Source of the DNA: Synechococcus sp.
GTDB lineage: Bacteria > Cyanobacteriota > Cyanobacteriia > PCC-6307 > Cyanobiaceae
Assembly: GCA_047285805.1 (NCBI GenBank)
Contig: JBJBCN010000002.1
Location: 1,056,001-1,120,000, forward strand
DNA length: 64,000 nt
Direction: 5' to 3'
Below are positions 30,114 to 40,175 of the stretch, in pieces; positions within the stretch are counted from its first letter, which is position 1, and each line of letters begins with the position of its first letter. The notes beneath the pieces are model-generated. The model worked only from the letters and a program-made list of their open reading frames with translations. It made no database searches and had not been told where the DNA came from. Position numbers and translations under genes: made by a program.

Positions 30114-31566
30114 CGGGCTTCAACCAACGGATCCAGCGCTCGCGCTCCTGGGCCACGCCGCCACTGGTCAAACGGTTGTCGGCAGTCAGCCAGACAGCTT
30201 GAGAGGCGCGACTGACCGCCACATAGACCAATTGACGCCGCAGAATGTCGTCGCTGGGCCAGAAAACATCGCCGGCGATGAAGACCTCGCCAAAGGTGCT
30301 GCCCTGGCTGCGGTGCACCGTCAGCACCGCCGCAGGCCCCAGGGATGCAAAGGCATCGCGCACCAGGAAATAGCGGCGCCAGAGGCTGCGACCCTGTTGC
30401 TTGCCCGCCTCCCGGGCTTGAAGACGCAGGGAACGGAGCACACCATCGAGGCTTTGGCGACCGGCACTGCCCACGGGCGGCAGCAGACGCAGGGTCAACC
30501 GGGTTTCGCCGGCCTCGACGTCGGCATTGAGGGTCTCGATGACGGTTGGGGGCAGGCCATCACCGACTCCGACCCCAAAGTCCGCCAGGTCACAGCGCTC
30601 GGGGGTGACATCACGGACCACCAGTTCGCGATTCGAGCCGAGGAGCATGTCAGGCTCCTCCGCGGCCTCCTCCCCGACCCGGCAGGCCGGCGCCATGACT
30701 GCCGAGCGGGTCATCAGCACTTCCCCTGGCAACACCGGCAGTTGATCCGCCATCTCGCCATGGATGGCGCGGCGCGCCAAGGGGACCAACTGCTCGAGGG
30801 CCCGGTTTGTGTAACAGAGAATCCTGGCGTGATCGGGATTGTCGAGCTGCGCCCCCCGCTTGAGGGCCGCCTGGGCCGCCGCCAGCCATTGGGAGCGGGG
30901 CAGGACCGCGACCCGCCCATGGGGGTCTCGAACCATTCCCAAGGCCGGCGGCTGACGGCAGGGGAGATCACCGCTGCGTAATCCGGTGGCGAGCTGCAGG
31001 ACCGGTCCTTGATGGCGCACCACCTCGCTCAAGCTGGCGTTAACGGAGCGGCCCATCGAAAACACGGGGCTCTCGGGTTCACCCACAGGGGGCAACTGGG
31101 CCGGATCCCCCACAAACACCAAGCGGGTTTTGAAGGGATGGGCGCAGCGCAGGGCAATCTCCAGCAGCGCGCTGTCGACCATCGAGGCCTCATCGATCAG
31201 CACCAAGGAGAGATTTTCTAGCGACCCCGCCGTCTGCTCAGTTTCCTCACAGCGCTCCAGATCCCCCTGGCGTTTGAGCTTCAGCCGCAGCAGGCGATGG
31301 ATCGTGCTCGGATACCAGGTGGGTTGAAGCCCCGCCCAGGCGAGCTGCTGACGCAAGACCCCAACGGCCTTGTGGGTGGGGGCCACCACGGTCCAGCACC
31401 AATCCCGCTGCTCCACCAGGGCCAGCAGGTGGCAGGAGAGGAAGGTCTTCCCGCTTCCAGCGAAACCGCTGAGCACAAATGGGGTGCCGTCGTAGGAGGC
31501 CTTGAGCCACTGCTCAAACGCCTCGGCCGCCGCCGTTTGGCCGCTGGTCAGGCCCCCCTCAGCCAA
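30106..31566 (-). CDS. SF1B RecD/Dda-like ATP-dependent helicase
   Basis: GFAGSGKT, APTHKAV, TIHRLL, IDEASMV, GDPAQLPPV, TVHRSQGSTF, YVAVSRA. Confidence 0.9.
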   Translation of the reverse strand: MAEGGLTSGQTAAAEAFEQWLKASYDGTPFVLSGFAGSGKTFLSCHLLALVEQRDWCWTVVAPTHKAVGVLRQQLAWAGLQPTWYPSTIHRLLRLKLKRQGDLERCEETEQTAGSLENLSLVLIDEASMVDSALLEIALRCAHPFKTRLVFVGDPAQLPPVGEPESPVFSMGRSVNASLSEVVRHQGPVLQLATGLRSGDLPCRQPPALGMVRDPHGRVAVLPRSQWLAAAQAALKRGAQLDNPDHARILCYTNRALEQLVPLARRAIHGEMADQLPVLPGEVLMTRSAVMAPACRVGEEAAEEPDMLLGSNRELVVRDVTPERCDLADFGVGVGDGLPPTVIETLNADVEAGETRLTLRLLPPVGSAGRQSLDGVLRSLRLQAREAGKQQGRSLWRRYFLVRDAFASLGPAAVLTVHRSQGSTFGEVFIAGDVFWPSDDILRRQLVYVAVSRASQAVWLTADNRLTSGGVAQERERWIRWLKPAS

Positions 31567-32047
31567 TCGCCATCAAGCCCCAGTGTTGGGCCAGGGTGAG
31601 CGGGGAGCCCACGAGCACCAGCCCCGGCAGGGAGACGAGCGGACCAATCAGGCTGCCGACAAGAACCTCCAAAGGAGTGTGGCCCAACTTCTCCTTGAGT
31701 GGAGTCTGCTCGTCTGAGGCCTCACTCAAGGCATTCACTCGGGCTGCCGTAAGGCCCGCGGAGTAGCGGACATGCGAAGCGTCGTAGAGGACGACAAAAC
31801 ACATAGTCGCCGCAAGGGCAAAGAGTCCTGAATCAAAGCCCTGCTGCCAGCCCAAAGCGGCGGCCGTGCCGGTCAGCAGGGCCGAATGGCTGGAGGGCAT
31901 TCCACCGGTCTCGACGAGCACTTTCGGGTTCCAGCGGCGATGGACCACGAGCTCAATCACCAGCTTGGAGAATTGGGCAGTGCCGCAGGCGGCGAGACCC
32001 CACCACAGGGCCCCGTTGTCCGACAGAGCCACCAAGGGAGCACTCAT
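31559..32047 (-). CDS. Divergent PAP2 family protein
   Basis: [26 protein letters not shown]. Confidence 0.88.
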   Translation of the reverse strand: MSAPLVALSDNGALWWGLAACGTAQFSKLVIELVVHRRWNPKVLVETGGMPSSHSALLTGTAAALGWQQGFDSGLFALAATMCFVVLYDASHVRYSAGLTAARVNALSEASDEQTPLKEKLGHTPLEVLVGSLIGPLVSLPGLVLVGSPLTLAQHWGLMAIG

Positions 32048-32982
32048 CGATCGCGGCTGGTGATGTAGTCAGCCAAGGCCAGCAGGGGCGCCGCCGAGCC
32101 AGTGCTGTTGAAGGGCTCGAGCGCCTGCTTGGCTTCCGCCACAAGAACGTCAGCCCGCTGGCGGGATTCCTCCAAACCCAGCAGCTTGGGATAAGTGGTC
32201 TTGTCCGCCGTCAGGTCCTTGCCCGCGGTCTTGCCAAGCACCTCGCTGCTGGCGGTGACATCGAGGATGTCGTCGATGATCTGGAAGGCCAGGCCGATCC
32301 CGCGCGCGTAGGTAGTCAAGGCCGCCAGGAGGTCATCGGAGGCGCCGGCAATCAAGGCGCCGGTAAGCACGCAGGAGCGCAGCAACGCACCAGTCTTGTG
32401 GAGGTGGATGTACTCGAGGGTCTCAAGGTCAACGTCCTTGCCTTCGCATTCGAGATCCACCACCTGGCCGCCCACCAGCCCGGGGGCACCGGAGGCCAAT
32501 GAGAGTTCACCCACTACCTTGAGCAACTGCTCGGCGGGAACGCCGGGGCTGCGCAGGGCGACCATCTCAAAGGCCCGGGTCAGCAGGGCATCACCGGCAA
32601 GGATGGCGTTGGCCTCGCCGTAGACCTTGTGGTTCGTGGGCATGCCACGGCGCAGGTCGTCGTTGTCCATGGCCGGCAAGTCGTCATGGATCAGCGACAT
32701 GGTGTGGATCATCTCCAGGGCCACCGCCGTGGGCATCGCCAAGGCAGCATCACCACCGGCGAGCTCACAGGCTGCTAAGCAGAGGATCGGCCGCAGCCTC
32801 TTGCCCCCCGCTAGGAGGGAGTAACGCATTGCCTCCCGCAGGCTCTCGGGACGCTCCGGTCCCAATGAGCCATCGAGGGCCTGCTCCACTCGCTGCCGGG
32901 ATGTCTCCAGGTAAGCGGCGAAATCAAAGTGGCTTGGCTCCCCCTTGGAGGTGCTGTCTGTCGTCGTCCCCGCCACGCTCAT
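32044..32982 (-). CDS. crtE: Geranylgeranyl diphosphate synthase
   Basis: [34 protein letters not shown]. Confidence 0.95.
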   Translation of the reverse strand: MSVAGTTTDSTSKGEPSHFDFAAYLETSRQRVEQALDGSLGPERPESLREAMRYSLLAGGKRLRPILCLAACELAGGDAALAMPTAVALEMIHTMSLIHDDLPAMDNDDLRRGMPTNHKVYGEANAILAGDALLTRAFEMVALRSPGVPAEQLLKVVGELSLASGAPGLVGGQVVDLECEGKDVDLETLEYIHLHKTGALLRSCVLTGALIAGASDDLLAALTTYARGIGLAFQIIDDILDVTASSEVLGKTAGKDLTADKTTYPKLLGLEESRQRADVLVAEAKQALEPFNSTGSAAPLLALADYITSRDR

Positions 32983-33037
32983 GGGAGATCTGGGCCCAGG
33001 GCCATCGCTCGGGCGGATTCTCTCAGGCCACGCCACG

Positions 33038-33934
33038 CTATGGGAGCAAATCCGCCAAGGGCTGATCCAAACCGCAGCGTTGGCACCAGCTGGCCAGGGT
33101 GTTCACCAGCAGCAGGGTCACGGTCATCGGACCGACACCACCTGGCACCGGGGTGATGGCGCAAGCGATCGGCTCCACCTCTTCAAAACGGACATCGCCG
33201 CACAGCTTGGCTTTCTCACCCGGCTCACTGGGCAGGCGATGGATGCCGACATCCACAACGACGGCACCGGGTTTGACGTGTTCCTCGCCAATCATCCGAG
33301 GGCTCCCCGCCGCCACCACCAAGACATCGGCCTGACGGGTAAGGTCCGCCAAGTCTTGGGTGCGGGAATGACCAATGCTCACCGTGGCGTTGGCGGCCTG
33401 GAGCATCAGGGCCATAGGCTGGCCCACCAGGATGCTGCGGCCGACCACCACGGCCCGCTTGCCGGAGAGCTCGACGCCAGCGGCGGCTAGCAGGGCCATG
33501 ACGCCTGCAGGGGTGCAACTGCGGGGTCCGGGTTCACCCTTCAACAAACGGCCAAGATTCAAGGTGTGGAGCCCATCGGCATCCTTCTCGGGGTCGATCG
33601 CAGCCAACAGCGGCCGCTCGTCCAACCCCGCAGGCAGGGGGAGCTGCAGCAGGATTCCATCGACAGCTGGGTCGGCATTGAGCCGTTGGATCGTGCTCAA
33701 GACCTCCGCTGCGGGGGTATCGGCGGGCAGATGTGCACCGAGGTTGGTGATGCCGATACGGCTACAGGCTTTCTCTTTGTTAGCGACATAGACCCCACTG
33801 GCCGGGTCATCCCCCACTCGCAGCACCGCAAGGCCCGGGGGACGCCCCGCTTGGGCCATCCGCTCAGCCACCAGCTGCTCGAGCCGCTCCTCCAACGCTG
33901 CAGCCAACTGACGACCGTCAAGACGCTGAGCCAT
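33038..33934 (-). CDS. folD: Methylenetetrahydrofolate dehydrogenase/cyclohydrolase
   Basis: [42 protein letters not shown]. Confidence 0.96.
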   Translation of the reverse strand: MAQRLDGRQLAAALEERLEQLVAERMAQAGRPPGLAVLRVGDDPASGVYVANKEKACSRIGITNLGAHLPADTPAAEVLSTIQRLNADPAVDGILLQLPLPAGLDERPLLAAIDPEKDADGLHTLNLGRLLKGEPGPRSCTPAGVMALLAAAGVELSGKRAVVVGRSILVGQPMALMLQAANATVSIGHSRTQDLADLTRQADVLVVAAGSPRMIGEEHVKPGAVVVDVGIHRLPSEPGEKAKLCGDVRFEEVEPIACAITPVPGGVGPMTVTLLLVNTLASWCQRCGLDQPLADLLP

Positions 33935-34005
33935 GGCGAGGGGCGGGCAATCTTCTCTCAGCATGCAACGGCAGGGCTAGCGTGAGGGCCTGTCATGCTC
34001 CCGCC

Positions 34006-36111
34006 GTGACTCGCCTGAGCACCGTGCACCAGCTCTGGCAACGGCTCCAGCGGCTATGGAAACAACTGTTGCGGCTGGAGATGCCGCGTCAGGTGCTCAC
34101 CCCTTGGAAGCGCGGCGCCAGCGCAGGGGTGGTCCTGACGGCCCTCGTGGTGGCCCTCGTCTCCAGCTGGCCCTGGTTGGTGGAACCGAGCCTGCGGCCG
34201 GGAATTCCTGCTCCGTTCACGGCCAAGGCGCCGAAGGCCGCCACGGTGGTGGACTCCGATGCCCTCGAGCAACGGCGCTCCCAGCTGGGGTTGCGGACCT
34301 ATGTCCAGGTCGTGGATGAGCGCCAGAGCCAAGATCTTGAGGCGCGGCTGGATCGCCAGCTCGAGGCCATCAGCCGCCTGGCGGCGAGTGATCAAGAACA
34401 GGTCGCACCGATCGATATCGCTCCGGCGGAGCGCGCCTGGCTCAAGCGCTCCAGCCGCAGGCAGCTGCTGCGCTGGGAGGGTGAACTACGCCAGGCCCAG
34501 TCGCGCATGTTGCGCCAAGGAGTGGTCGGCAATGTGGCCCGCCAACAGTTGGTCAAGGCGGCTCGCCATCAACTGGAATGGATGCCCGAGCCGGAACTGG
34601 GCCTCGGCGCTCGCCTGATCGCCAATTCACTCCAGGGGCGCACCAACCTGCGCATCGACGCGACCCTGAGTCAGCGAATGCTGGAGGAGCTCCTGACCCA
34701 ACAGGGAATCCCCACCATCCAGGTCAGCAAGGGTGAACTAATTGCCAGGCAGGGGGAACCGATCAGCAAGCAGGCCTACGCGGTGCTGGATTACTTCGGT
34801 CTGGTGAACCGCCGGCCCCTGATTGGCTCTTGGCTGGTGCACTTCAGCGAAGCCTTGGCCGCCTCCAGCGTGATGGTGCTGCTGATCCGGAACCGCAGAG
34901 TCGGCCTGGAGCCCCGGCAGGCCCTGCTCGCCCTCGGCTTGCTCGCCCTAGTCCAAGGGCTCAAGCTCTGGCTGGGCGCCGCCGCCAGCCCCCTGGCCCT
35001 CTTGGTCCCGCCCACGTTGCTGCTCGCCCAGGGACTGGGCACCACCGCTGGCCTGGCCTGGCTGGCAATGGCGAGCCTGCTCTGGCCGCTACCCCTCTCG
35101 CCCTTCTTTGACCAGCGGATCCTGATCGCCGCGGCCGTGGCGGCGATCACCGCCGTCCTCGCGGATCGTCAGCGCAACCGCGCTCAGCTGCTGCAACTTG
35201 CCCTGCTCGTTCCCCTCGGAGCCCTCCTGGCGGAATGGCTGTTGCTGCAGCTAGAGCTCTTCCGGGGTGTTCGCGAGGGGGGCCTCCCGATTGGAGCGGA
35301 CCTCACCGGTGAGGCCTTTGTGCTGGGAGGCCTGCTGCTGGGGGTCCTACTGATCGGCCCCATGGTGGAAAGTTTTTTTGGTCTTCTCACACGCAGCCGC
35401 CTGATGGAGTTAGCGGATCTCGAGCGGCCCCTGCTGCGGCGGCTGTCCTGCGAAGCGCCGGGCACCTTCGAGCACACCCTGATGATCTGCGGGCTGGCGG
35501 AGGAGGGAGCCCGCTCAATAGGTGCCGATATCGACTTGACCCGCACCGGGGCGCTGTATCACGACGTGGGCAAACTCCATGGCCCCCAGTGGTTCATTGA
35601 AAACCAGGAAGGGGGCGACAACCCCCACGACCAACTGGATGACCCGCAACTGAGTGCCGGAATCCTCCAGGCCCACGTAGATGAGGGGCTCAAGCTCGCC
35701 AAGCGGCACCGGCTGCCGAAGCCTCTGGCGGACTTCATCCCAGAGCACCAGGGCACCTTGAAGATGGGCTACTTCCTGCATGAGGCCCGCCGGCGCGACC
35801 CCAACATCCGCGAAGAGGACTTCCGCTACCGCGGCCCCACCCCCCGCAGCCGCGAAACGGCGGTGCTGATGTTGGCCGACGGCTGTGAAGCCGCCCTGCG
35901 ATCCCTGCCCCCGGACACCAGCGAGAACCAAGCCCGAGATGTCGTGCGCAGCATCGTGGAAGCCCGCTGGCGCGACGGACAACTCACGGGCAGTGGCCTG
36001 ACCCCGGCAGAGTTGGAGATATTGGTCCGCGCCTTTGTCAGGGTGTGGCGGCGGATGCGCCATCGCCGCATCCCCTATCCGATACCCACCCGCAAGAGTT
36101 TCAGCGCCTGA
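34006..36111 (+). CDS. 7TM-HD (HDIG) phosphohydrolase, PgpH-like
   Basis: N-terminal TM, large extracytoplasmic region, TM bundle, APGTFEHT, YHDVGK, FIENQ, LADGCEA. Confidence 0.85.
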   Translation: MTRLSTVHQLWQRLQRLWKQLLRLEMPRQVLTPWKRGASAGVVLTALVVALVSSWPWLVEPSLRPGIPAPFTAKAPKAATVVDSDALEQRRSQLGLRTYVQVVDERQSQDLEARLDRQLEAISRLAASDQEQVAPIDIAPAERAWLKRSSRRQLLRWEGELRQAQSRMLRQGVVGNVARQQLVKAARHQLEWMPEPELGLGARLIANSLQGRTNLRIDATLSQRMLEELLTQQGIPTIQVSKGELIARQGEPISKQAYAVLDYFGLVNRRPLIGSWLVHFSEALAASSVMVLLIRNRRVGLEPRQALLALGLLALVQGLKLWLGAAASPLALLVPPTLLLAQGLGTTAGLAWLAMASLLWPLPLSPFFDQRILIAAAVAAITAVLADRQRNRAQLLQLALLVPLGALLAEWLLLQLELFRGVREGGLPIGADLTGEAFVLGGLLLGVLLIGPMVESFFGLLTRSRLMELADLERPLLRRLSCEAPGTFEHTLMICGLAEEGARSIGADIDLTRTGALYHDVGKLHGPQWFIENQEGGDNPHDQLDDPQLSAGILQAHVDEGLKLAKRHRLPKPLADFIPEHQGTLKMGYFLHEARRRDPNIREEDFRYRGPTPRSRETAVLMLADGCEAALRSLPPDTSENQARDVVRSIVEARWRDGQLTGSGLTPAELEILVRAFVRVWRRMRHRRIPYPIPTRKSFSA

Positions 36112-37409
36112 TGTCCTTCAACCGCTGGCAGAACGCCTGGTTCCCGGTGGCGTTTCTGCAGGACATCGATCGCGATCGCCCCAAGCCCTTCACCCTGGTC
36201 GGCCAGGACCTGGTGCTCTGGTTCGACCGGCAAGCGAGCGCCTGGCGAGCCTTTGCCGATGTCTGCCCCCACCGACTCGTTCCGCTCTCCGAGGGACGCC
36301 TGAACGCCTCCGGTGAGCTGGAGTGTCCTTATCACGGTTGGACCTTTGATGGCTCGGGCCGCTGCACGGCCCAGCCCCAAGCAGAAGCCGGAAGCAGCTT
36401 CAGTGGACGCAGCCACTGCCGCTCCTACGCGACGGCCACCGCCCAGGGATTGCTATTTGTCTTCAGCGGCCCCAGCGAAGACGCGAGCGAGCAGCCCCTG
36501 CCGCTAGTGCCGGAACTCGAGGACGCGGGATGGGTCGTGCAGGACACCTTCAGGGACCTGCCGATGGATGCCCTGACCCTGCTGGAGAATGTGCTAGACG
36601 CCAGCCACGTTCCCTTCACCCACCACGCCACGGTGGGGCGCCGGGAGAACGCCGCGCCGGTCAACCTCGCCTTGACGGCCTTCGATCGCCAGGGCTTTAG
36701 CGGCCTCTGGGAGGAGGGCCCGAGGCGGGGAAAGCTAGGCAGCCAGCAGACCCGCTTCCTGGCTCCAGGGCTGATGTGGCATGACCTCACCGCCAAGGGG
36801 TTTGCCCGGATCCTGACGGTTGTCTATGCGGTGCCGACCCGAGCCCGGGAATGCCGCTTAATCGCCCGCTTCCCCTTCCAATTCAGTTCCCCCTGGCCGG
36901 GGCGCCTGCTGCGCCTGCGCCCCCAATGGCTACAGCACATCGGCAATCACACCGTGCTGGAGGACGACCAACTGTTTCTGCATTGGCAAGAGCGGGTGAT
37001 CGAGCAGCGGGGCGGCCGGCATGTCGCCCTCCGCCAGTACCACCTGCCCACCCAGGCAGACCTCTATGTCCGAGCACTCCATGACTGGGTAAATCGCTAC
37101 GGCGGCGAGCCATTCCCTGGCACACGCCTACCCGCACGGCAAAACCGGCAGGAGCTGATGGAACGCTTTGAGGCCCACACCCGCCATTGCCGCAGCTGCT
37201 CCGGCGCCGATAAACGGTTGAAACGTCTCCAACCGATCTGCTGGATCCTGGTGGCTGTGGCAGGGCTGACTGCAGCCTGGAGTGGTCCTGGGGCCTCTGG
37301 AGGGCTCGCGCTGGCAGCGGGCGGCGCCCTAGCCCTCGCCGCCTGGCGGATTAGGCGCTGGCGCCAACTTCTGGGCGCTGGCTCGGGTTTGCCTCCCCGC
37401 AACCGCTAG
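36111..37409 (+). CDS. Rieske non-heme iron oxygenase, PAO/TIC55/ACD1-like
   Basis: CPHR...CPYH Rieske motif, ENVLDASHVPFTH iron site, C-terminal HCRSC and TM helices; ATG overlaps upstream TGA. Confidence 0.88.
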   Translation: MSFNRWQNAWFPVAFLQDIDRDRPKPFTLVGQDLVLWFDRQASAWRAFADVCPHRLVPLSEGRLNASGELECPYHGWTFDGSGRCTAQPQAEAGSSFSGRSHCRSYATATAQGLLFVFSGPSEDASEQPLPLVPELEDAGWVVQDTFRDLPMDALTLLENVLDASHVPFTHHATVGRRENAAPVNLALTAFDRQGFSGLWEEGPRRGKLGSQQTRFLAPGLMWHDLTAKGFARILTVVYAVPTRARECRLIARFPFQFSSPWPGRLLRLRPQWLQHIGNHTVLEDDQLFLHWQERVIEQRGGRHVALRQYHLPTQADLYVRALHDWVNRYGGEPFPGTRLPARQNRQELMERFEAHTRHCRSCSGADKRLKRLQPICWILVAVAGLTAAWSGPGASGGLALAAGGALALAAWRIRRWRQLLGAGSGLPPRNR

Positions 37410-38038
37410 GGCAAAACAAAGGGCACGGCGGACTCAAAGGCCATCCAGCGACCATCACTGGGGTGACTGAACGCCAAAGCGCAGGCGTGCAAATGCAACC
37501 GCGCCGCCGGCGTCTCGCCATAGAGCGGGTCACCCAAGATCGGATGACCCAACGCTTGAAGATGCACGCGCAACTGATGGGAGCGACCGGTCAGGGGCTG
37601 CAACGCCAGTCGACTGCAGCCGGAATGCTGGTCCAACAGCTGCCATCCCGTCCGGCAGGGTTTGCCCGCAAGATCGACGCCATACAGCGGCGGCCGGTGT
37701 TGGCACTTGGCAATGGGGTACACGATCCAGCCCTGCCCCTCGGTGGGCACGCCGGACACGTCGGCCACGTAACGCTTCTCCACCTGCCGATCGGCAAAGG
37801 AAACGCTCAACTGCCGATGAACCGCCGCGGATCGGGCTACGACCATCAGGCCCGAGGTGTCGCGATCGAGGCGATGGACCAGGCGTGCTTCAGGCCACTG
37901 GGACTGCACAGCCGTGATCAAGGAAGCCGACAACCCTGGACCTAGGCCCGGCTGGGACAGCAAACCACTGGGCTTCTCGAGCACCAACAGCGCCGGGTCG
38001 GCATGCACCAGCCAATTGGAATCGAACAACGTAGGCAC
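37406..38038 (-). CDS. RluA-family pseudouridine synthase
   Basis: KPSGL, VHRLDRDTSG, TGRSHQLRVH, HPILGDPLY, LHLHA. Confidence 0.92.
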   Translation of the reverse strand: MPTLFDSNWLVHADPALLVLEKPSGLLSQPGLGPGLSASLITAVQSQWPEARLVHRLDRDTSGLMVVARSAAVHRQLSVSFADRQVEKRYVADVSGVPTEGQGWIVYPIAKCQHRPPLYGVDLAGKPCRTGWQLLDQHSGCSRLALQPLTGRSHQLRVHLQALGHPILGDPLYGETPAARLHLHACALAFSHPSDGRWMAFESAVPFVLP

Positions 38039-38082
38039 GAATGCTCGACCCTGGCCAGACTGGCCCCAGTCCTAGCTGGGCC

Positions 38083-38454
38083 ATGGCACTCGATTCGTTC
38101 AAACAGGCTCTCGCCGCGTTACTCGAACAGGCACCCGAGGATCACCTCGAGCGGGACGAGTATTTCGAGTTGAACACCCTCCCGAGCTACGGCGGCAGTG
38201 GCTTTGAGGTGGTGATGTGCGATGAGGAGCACGAGATCTTCGCGGTGATCTACACCGACCGCCTCTTTGAGGAAGGTGAGGAGGGACAAGAGGCCGTCGA
38301 AGCCCTGGTGCCTGACTTCCTCCAGGCGGCATACAGCCTTAGCCCCGAGGAGTGGAAAGCGACCGAACCCTTCGACCTTGGCTGGCGCAGCCGCGAATAC
38401 CTCTGGTTCATGGAGTTCAGCGTGCCGGGGCTCAAACCCACCTGCAGCTTCTGA
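38083..38454 (+). CDS. Highly acidic hypothetical protein
   Basis: 123 aa with coding-like codon usage; fills the gap between rluA and a convergent gene. Confidence 0.65.
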   Translation: MALDSFKQALAALLEQAPEDHLERDEYFELNTLPSYGGSGFEVVMCDEEHEIFAVIYTDRLFEEGEEGQEAVEALVPDFLQAAYSLSPEEWKATEPFDLGWRSREYLWFMEFSVPGLKPTCSF

Positions 38455-38460
38455 AGCTCA

Positions 38461-38763
38461 TCAAGAGCTCCACTGGAGCAGCTGAAGCTCACTGGAACGC
38501 CGACTGATCAACACCAACTGATCCCCTTCGAACGCCACAGGTAAGCCTGCAACCCGGCGCAGTTGCTGGCGATCCAGCAAGGCCACACCACAGGTTTCGA
38601 CCAGCAGCGCTGGCATCAAGCCCGGGGAGCCGCGCATCCCGAACAAATCCAGCGCCTGGCGTACGGCGCGGGAGGAGGTGTCGCTGCCGAGGCGCCCCAC
38701 CATCTGGGGCCAAAGGTGATTCACGGGTTCAAAACCCGAGAGATCTAGGTCGAATAGCTGCAT
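38461..38763 (-). CDS. Small conserved hypothetical protein
   Basis: MQLFDLDLS..WPQMVGRLG...AVRQALDL; co-directional with the SepF-like gene. Confidence 0.6.
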   Translation of the reverse strand: MQLFDLDLSGFEPVNHLWPQMVGRLGSDTSSRAVRQALDLFGMRGSPGLMPALLVETCGVALLDRQQLRRVAGLPVAFEGDQLVLISRRSSELQLLQWSS

Positions 38764-38795
38764 CGGCTCACTGTCTGACCGCGGGCGGACCCGGG

Positions 38796-39077
38796 TCAAG
38801 CCCGATTCAGCTGGACGTAATGGGGGGCATAGAGAAAGACCCGCTCGCCCAGTCGCACCTGCTGGGCGTCTAGGGCCACCGCTGCCCCCGAGAGAAAGTC
38901 AACGGCCCGCTGCAGTTGGAACTCGGGCAACGCGCTCAAGTTAACCAGCACCGTGGCCTGGTCCCGCAGGGCTGTGATCGCCTCTTGTACCGCATCAAAA
39001 CTGGGCGGATGGATCACGATCACCTCCGGGCCCCAGCCCGGAGTGTCCTGATCAGATCGCGGCAGAAACGGGTCCAT
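38796..39077 (-). CDS. Short SepF-like protein (paralog)
   Basis: VIVIHPPSFD, TVLVNL, QRAVDFLSG, FLYAP match the SepF core pattern. Confidence 0.75.
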   Translation of the reverse strand: MDPFLPRSDQDTPGWGPEVIVIHPPSFDAVQEAITALRDQATVLVNLSALPEFQLQRAVDFLSGAAVALDAQQVRLGERVFLYAPHYVQLNRA

Positions 39078-39093
39078 CAGCGCCTCAGGTCCT

Positions 39094-39372
39094 TCAGCTC
39101 TCGGCTTCAGGTTCGTCGGGTTGAACCTCGTGGGGCAGGAAACGCTCCAACATTTCGGCCGTGGGACGAATCGTCTCGAGGGCGTCTTCGTTGTCGAGGA
39201 AGGCCTCGAACGAGCGGAAGCGGCAAATCGTGGGTTCGATCTCGGGATCGCTGCAGACCTCTTCCCAGCTGAGATGCTTCGGCCTGAGCTCCTGGAAATG
39301 GGTCAACGCCTCCTCCAGATCACCAGCATCACCGCAGTTCTCCCCCTTCCAGAGCAACTCAAAAAAGGTCAC
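39094..39372 (-). CDS. Small acidic hypothetical protein
   Basis: 92-aa ORF with GTG start, 16 nt upstream of the SepF-like gene. Confidence 0.6.
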   Translation of the reverse strand: MTFFELLWKGENCGDAGDLEEALTHFQELRPKHLSWEEVCSDPEIEPTICRFRSFEAFLDNEDALETIRPTAEMLERFLPHEVQPDEPEAES

Positions 39373-39417
39373 AGCAACTGGCGATCAGGTGGGCTGAGCC
39401 TACGAATAACCAGGCAC

Positions 39418-39448
39418 AAAAAAGCTGGACCACAGCAGTGACCCAGCT
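39418..39448 (-). terminator. Intrinsic terminator after the AbrB-like gene
   Basis: Minus strand AGCTGGGTCAC-TGCT-GTGGTCCAGCT (11-bp stem with two G-U pairs) followed by a T-tract. Confidence 0.75.
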
Positions 39449-39473
39449 GTGCTTCGAAAAAGTGGCTAAAGGC

Positions 39474-39839
39474 TCAGTCCTCTTCGGCTTCAGCGCCTGC
39501 GGGGATCAATTTGATCTGCTTGCGGCCGAGCTTGATCTCGAATTCGTCGCCGGGCTCCAAACCGAGCAGAGCCGTGTAGGCCTTACCAACCAGGAGGTTG
39601 CCGTTGCCCTGGACCGTGGCGACATAGCTGAGCTTGCGGCCGCCCTTGCCGGTACCGCCGCCGCCACCGCCAATGCTGAGGCCCTTGGCCTCCAGCAGTG
39701 CCTCATAAAACGCGGTGAAGTTCAGACGCTCCGAACCATCCTTCTTGTTGCTGACGTAACCGCAGGAGCGCACAAGATCAGACTTGCTGACATCACCCAG
39801 CTCTTTGACCTTGGAGAGAAGATCAGATCCGGTGAGCAT
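39474..39839 (-). CDS. Cyanobacterial AbrB-like transcriptional regulator
   Basis: MLTGSDLLSKVKEL, CGY, NFTAFYEALLEAKG, GRKLSY..VQGNGNLLVGKAYT, PGDEFEIKLGRKQI. Confidence 0.92.
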   Translation of the reverse strand: MLTGSDLLSKVKELGDVSKSDLVRSCGYVSNKKDGSERLNFTAFYEALLEAKGLSIGGGGGGTGKGGRKLSYVATVQGNGNLLVGKAYTALLGLEPGDEFEIKLGRKQIKLIPAGAEAEED

Positions 39840-39977
39840 TGAATAGAGATTCGATTGTCGAAAAGATAGCGAGCGAAACAGCACTGACCCAAGGGGATGG
39901 TGTGCATGAAGAGACATTGCACACTCAAGCCACATCAATCGAGCTCCCTAATGTCAAGCCAGACACAGCCGTTGACC

Positions 39978-40175
39978 ATGATCGTTGGCGAAGTTTTTCT
40001 CGAGAGTGTCTCGACCGGCGTGATCACAGCTGAAGAAATCACCTGGATTACAACCAAGCAAACTCAGTTCGACCGGCAAGAGGAGGCGATGGCCCTCAAG
40101 CTCGGTCGCCTGCTCGATGAAGGCGTGATCCAAATCGGCTGCCGAATGCTCGGGGAGCACGCGGCCTCGGCCTAA
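39978..40175 (+). CDS. Small conserved picocyanobacterial hypothetical protein
   Basis: MIVGEVFLES..G.IT..E..W...F.R.EEA.ALKLGRLLD.G.I.IGCR; divergent from abrB. Confidence 0.65.
   Translation: MIVGEVFLESVSTGVITAEEITWITTKQTQFDRQEEAMALKLGRLLDEGVIQIGCRMLGEHAASA

Noticed and set aside
30106..31566. RecD/Dda-like helicase as an anti-phage defence gene
   Set aside because: It ends a housekeeping folD-crtE-PAP2 gene run, overlapping PAP2, with no nuclease or other defence partner nearby
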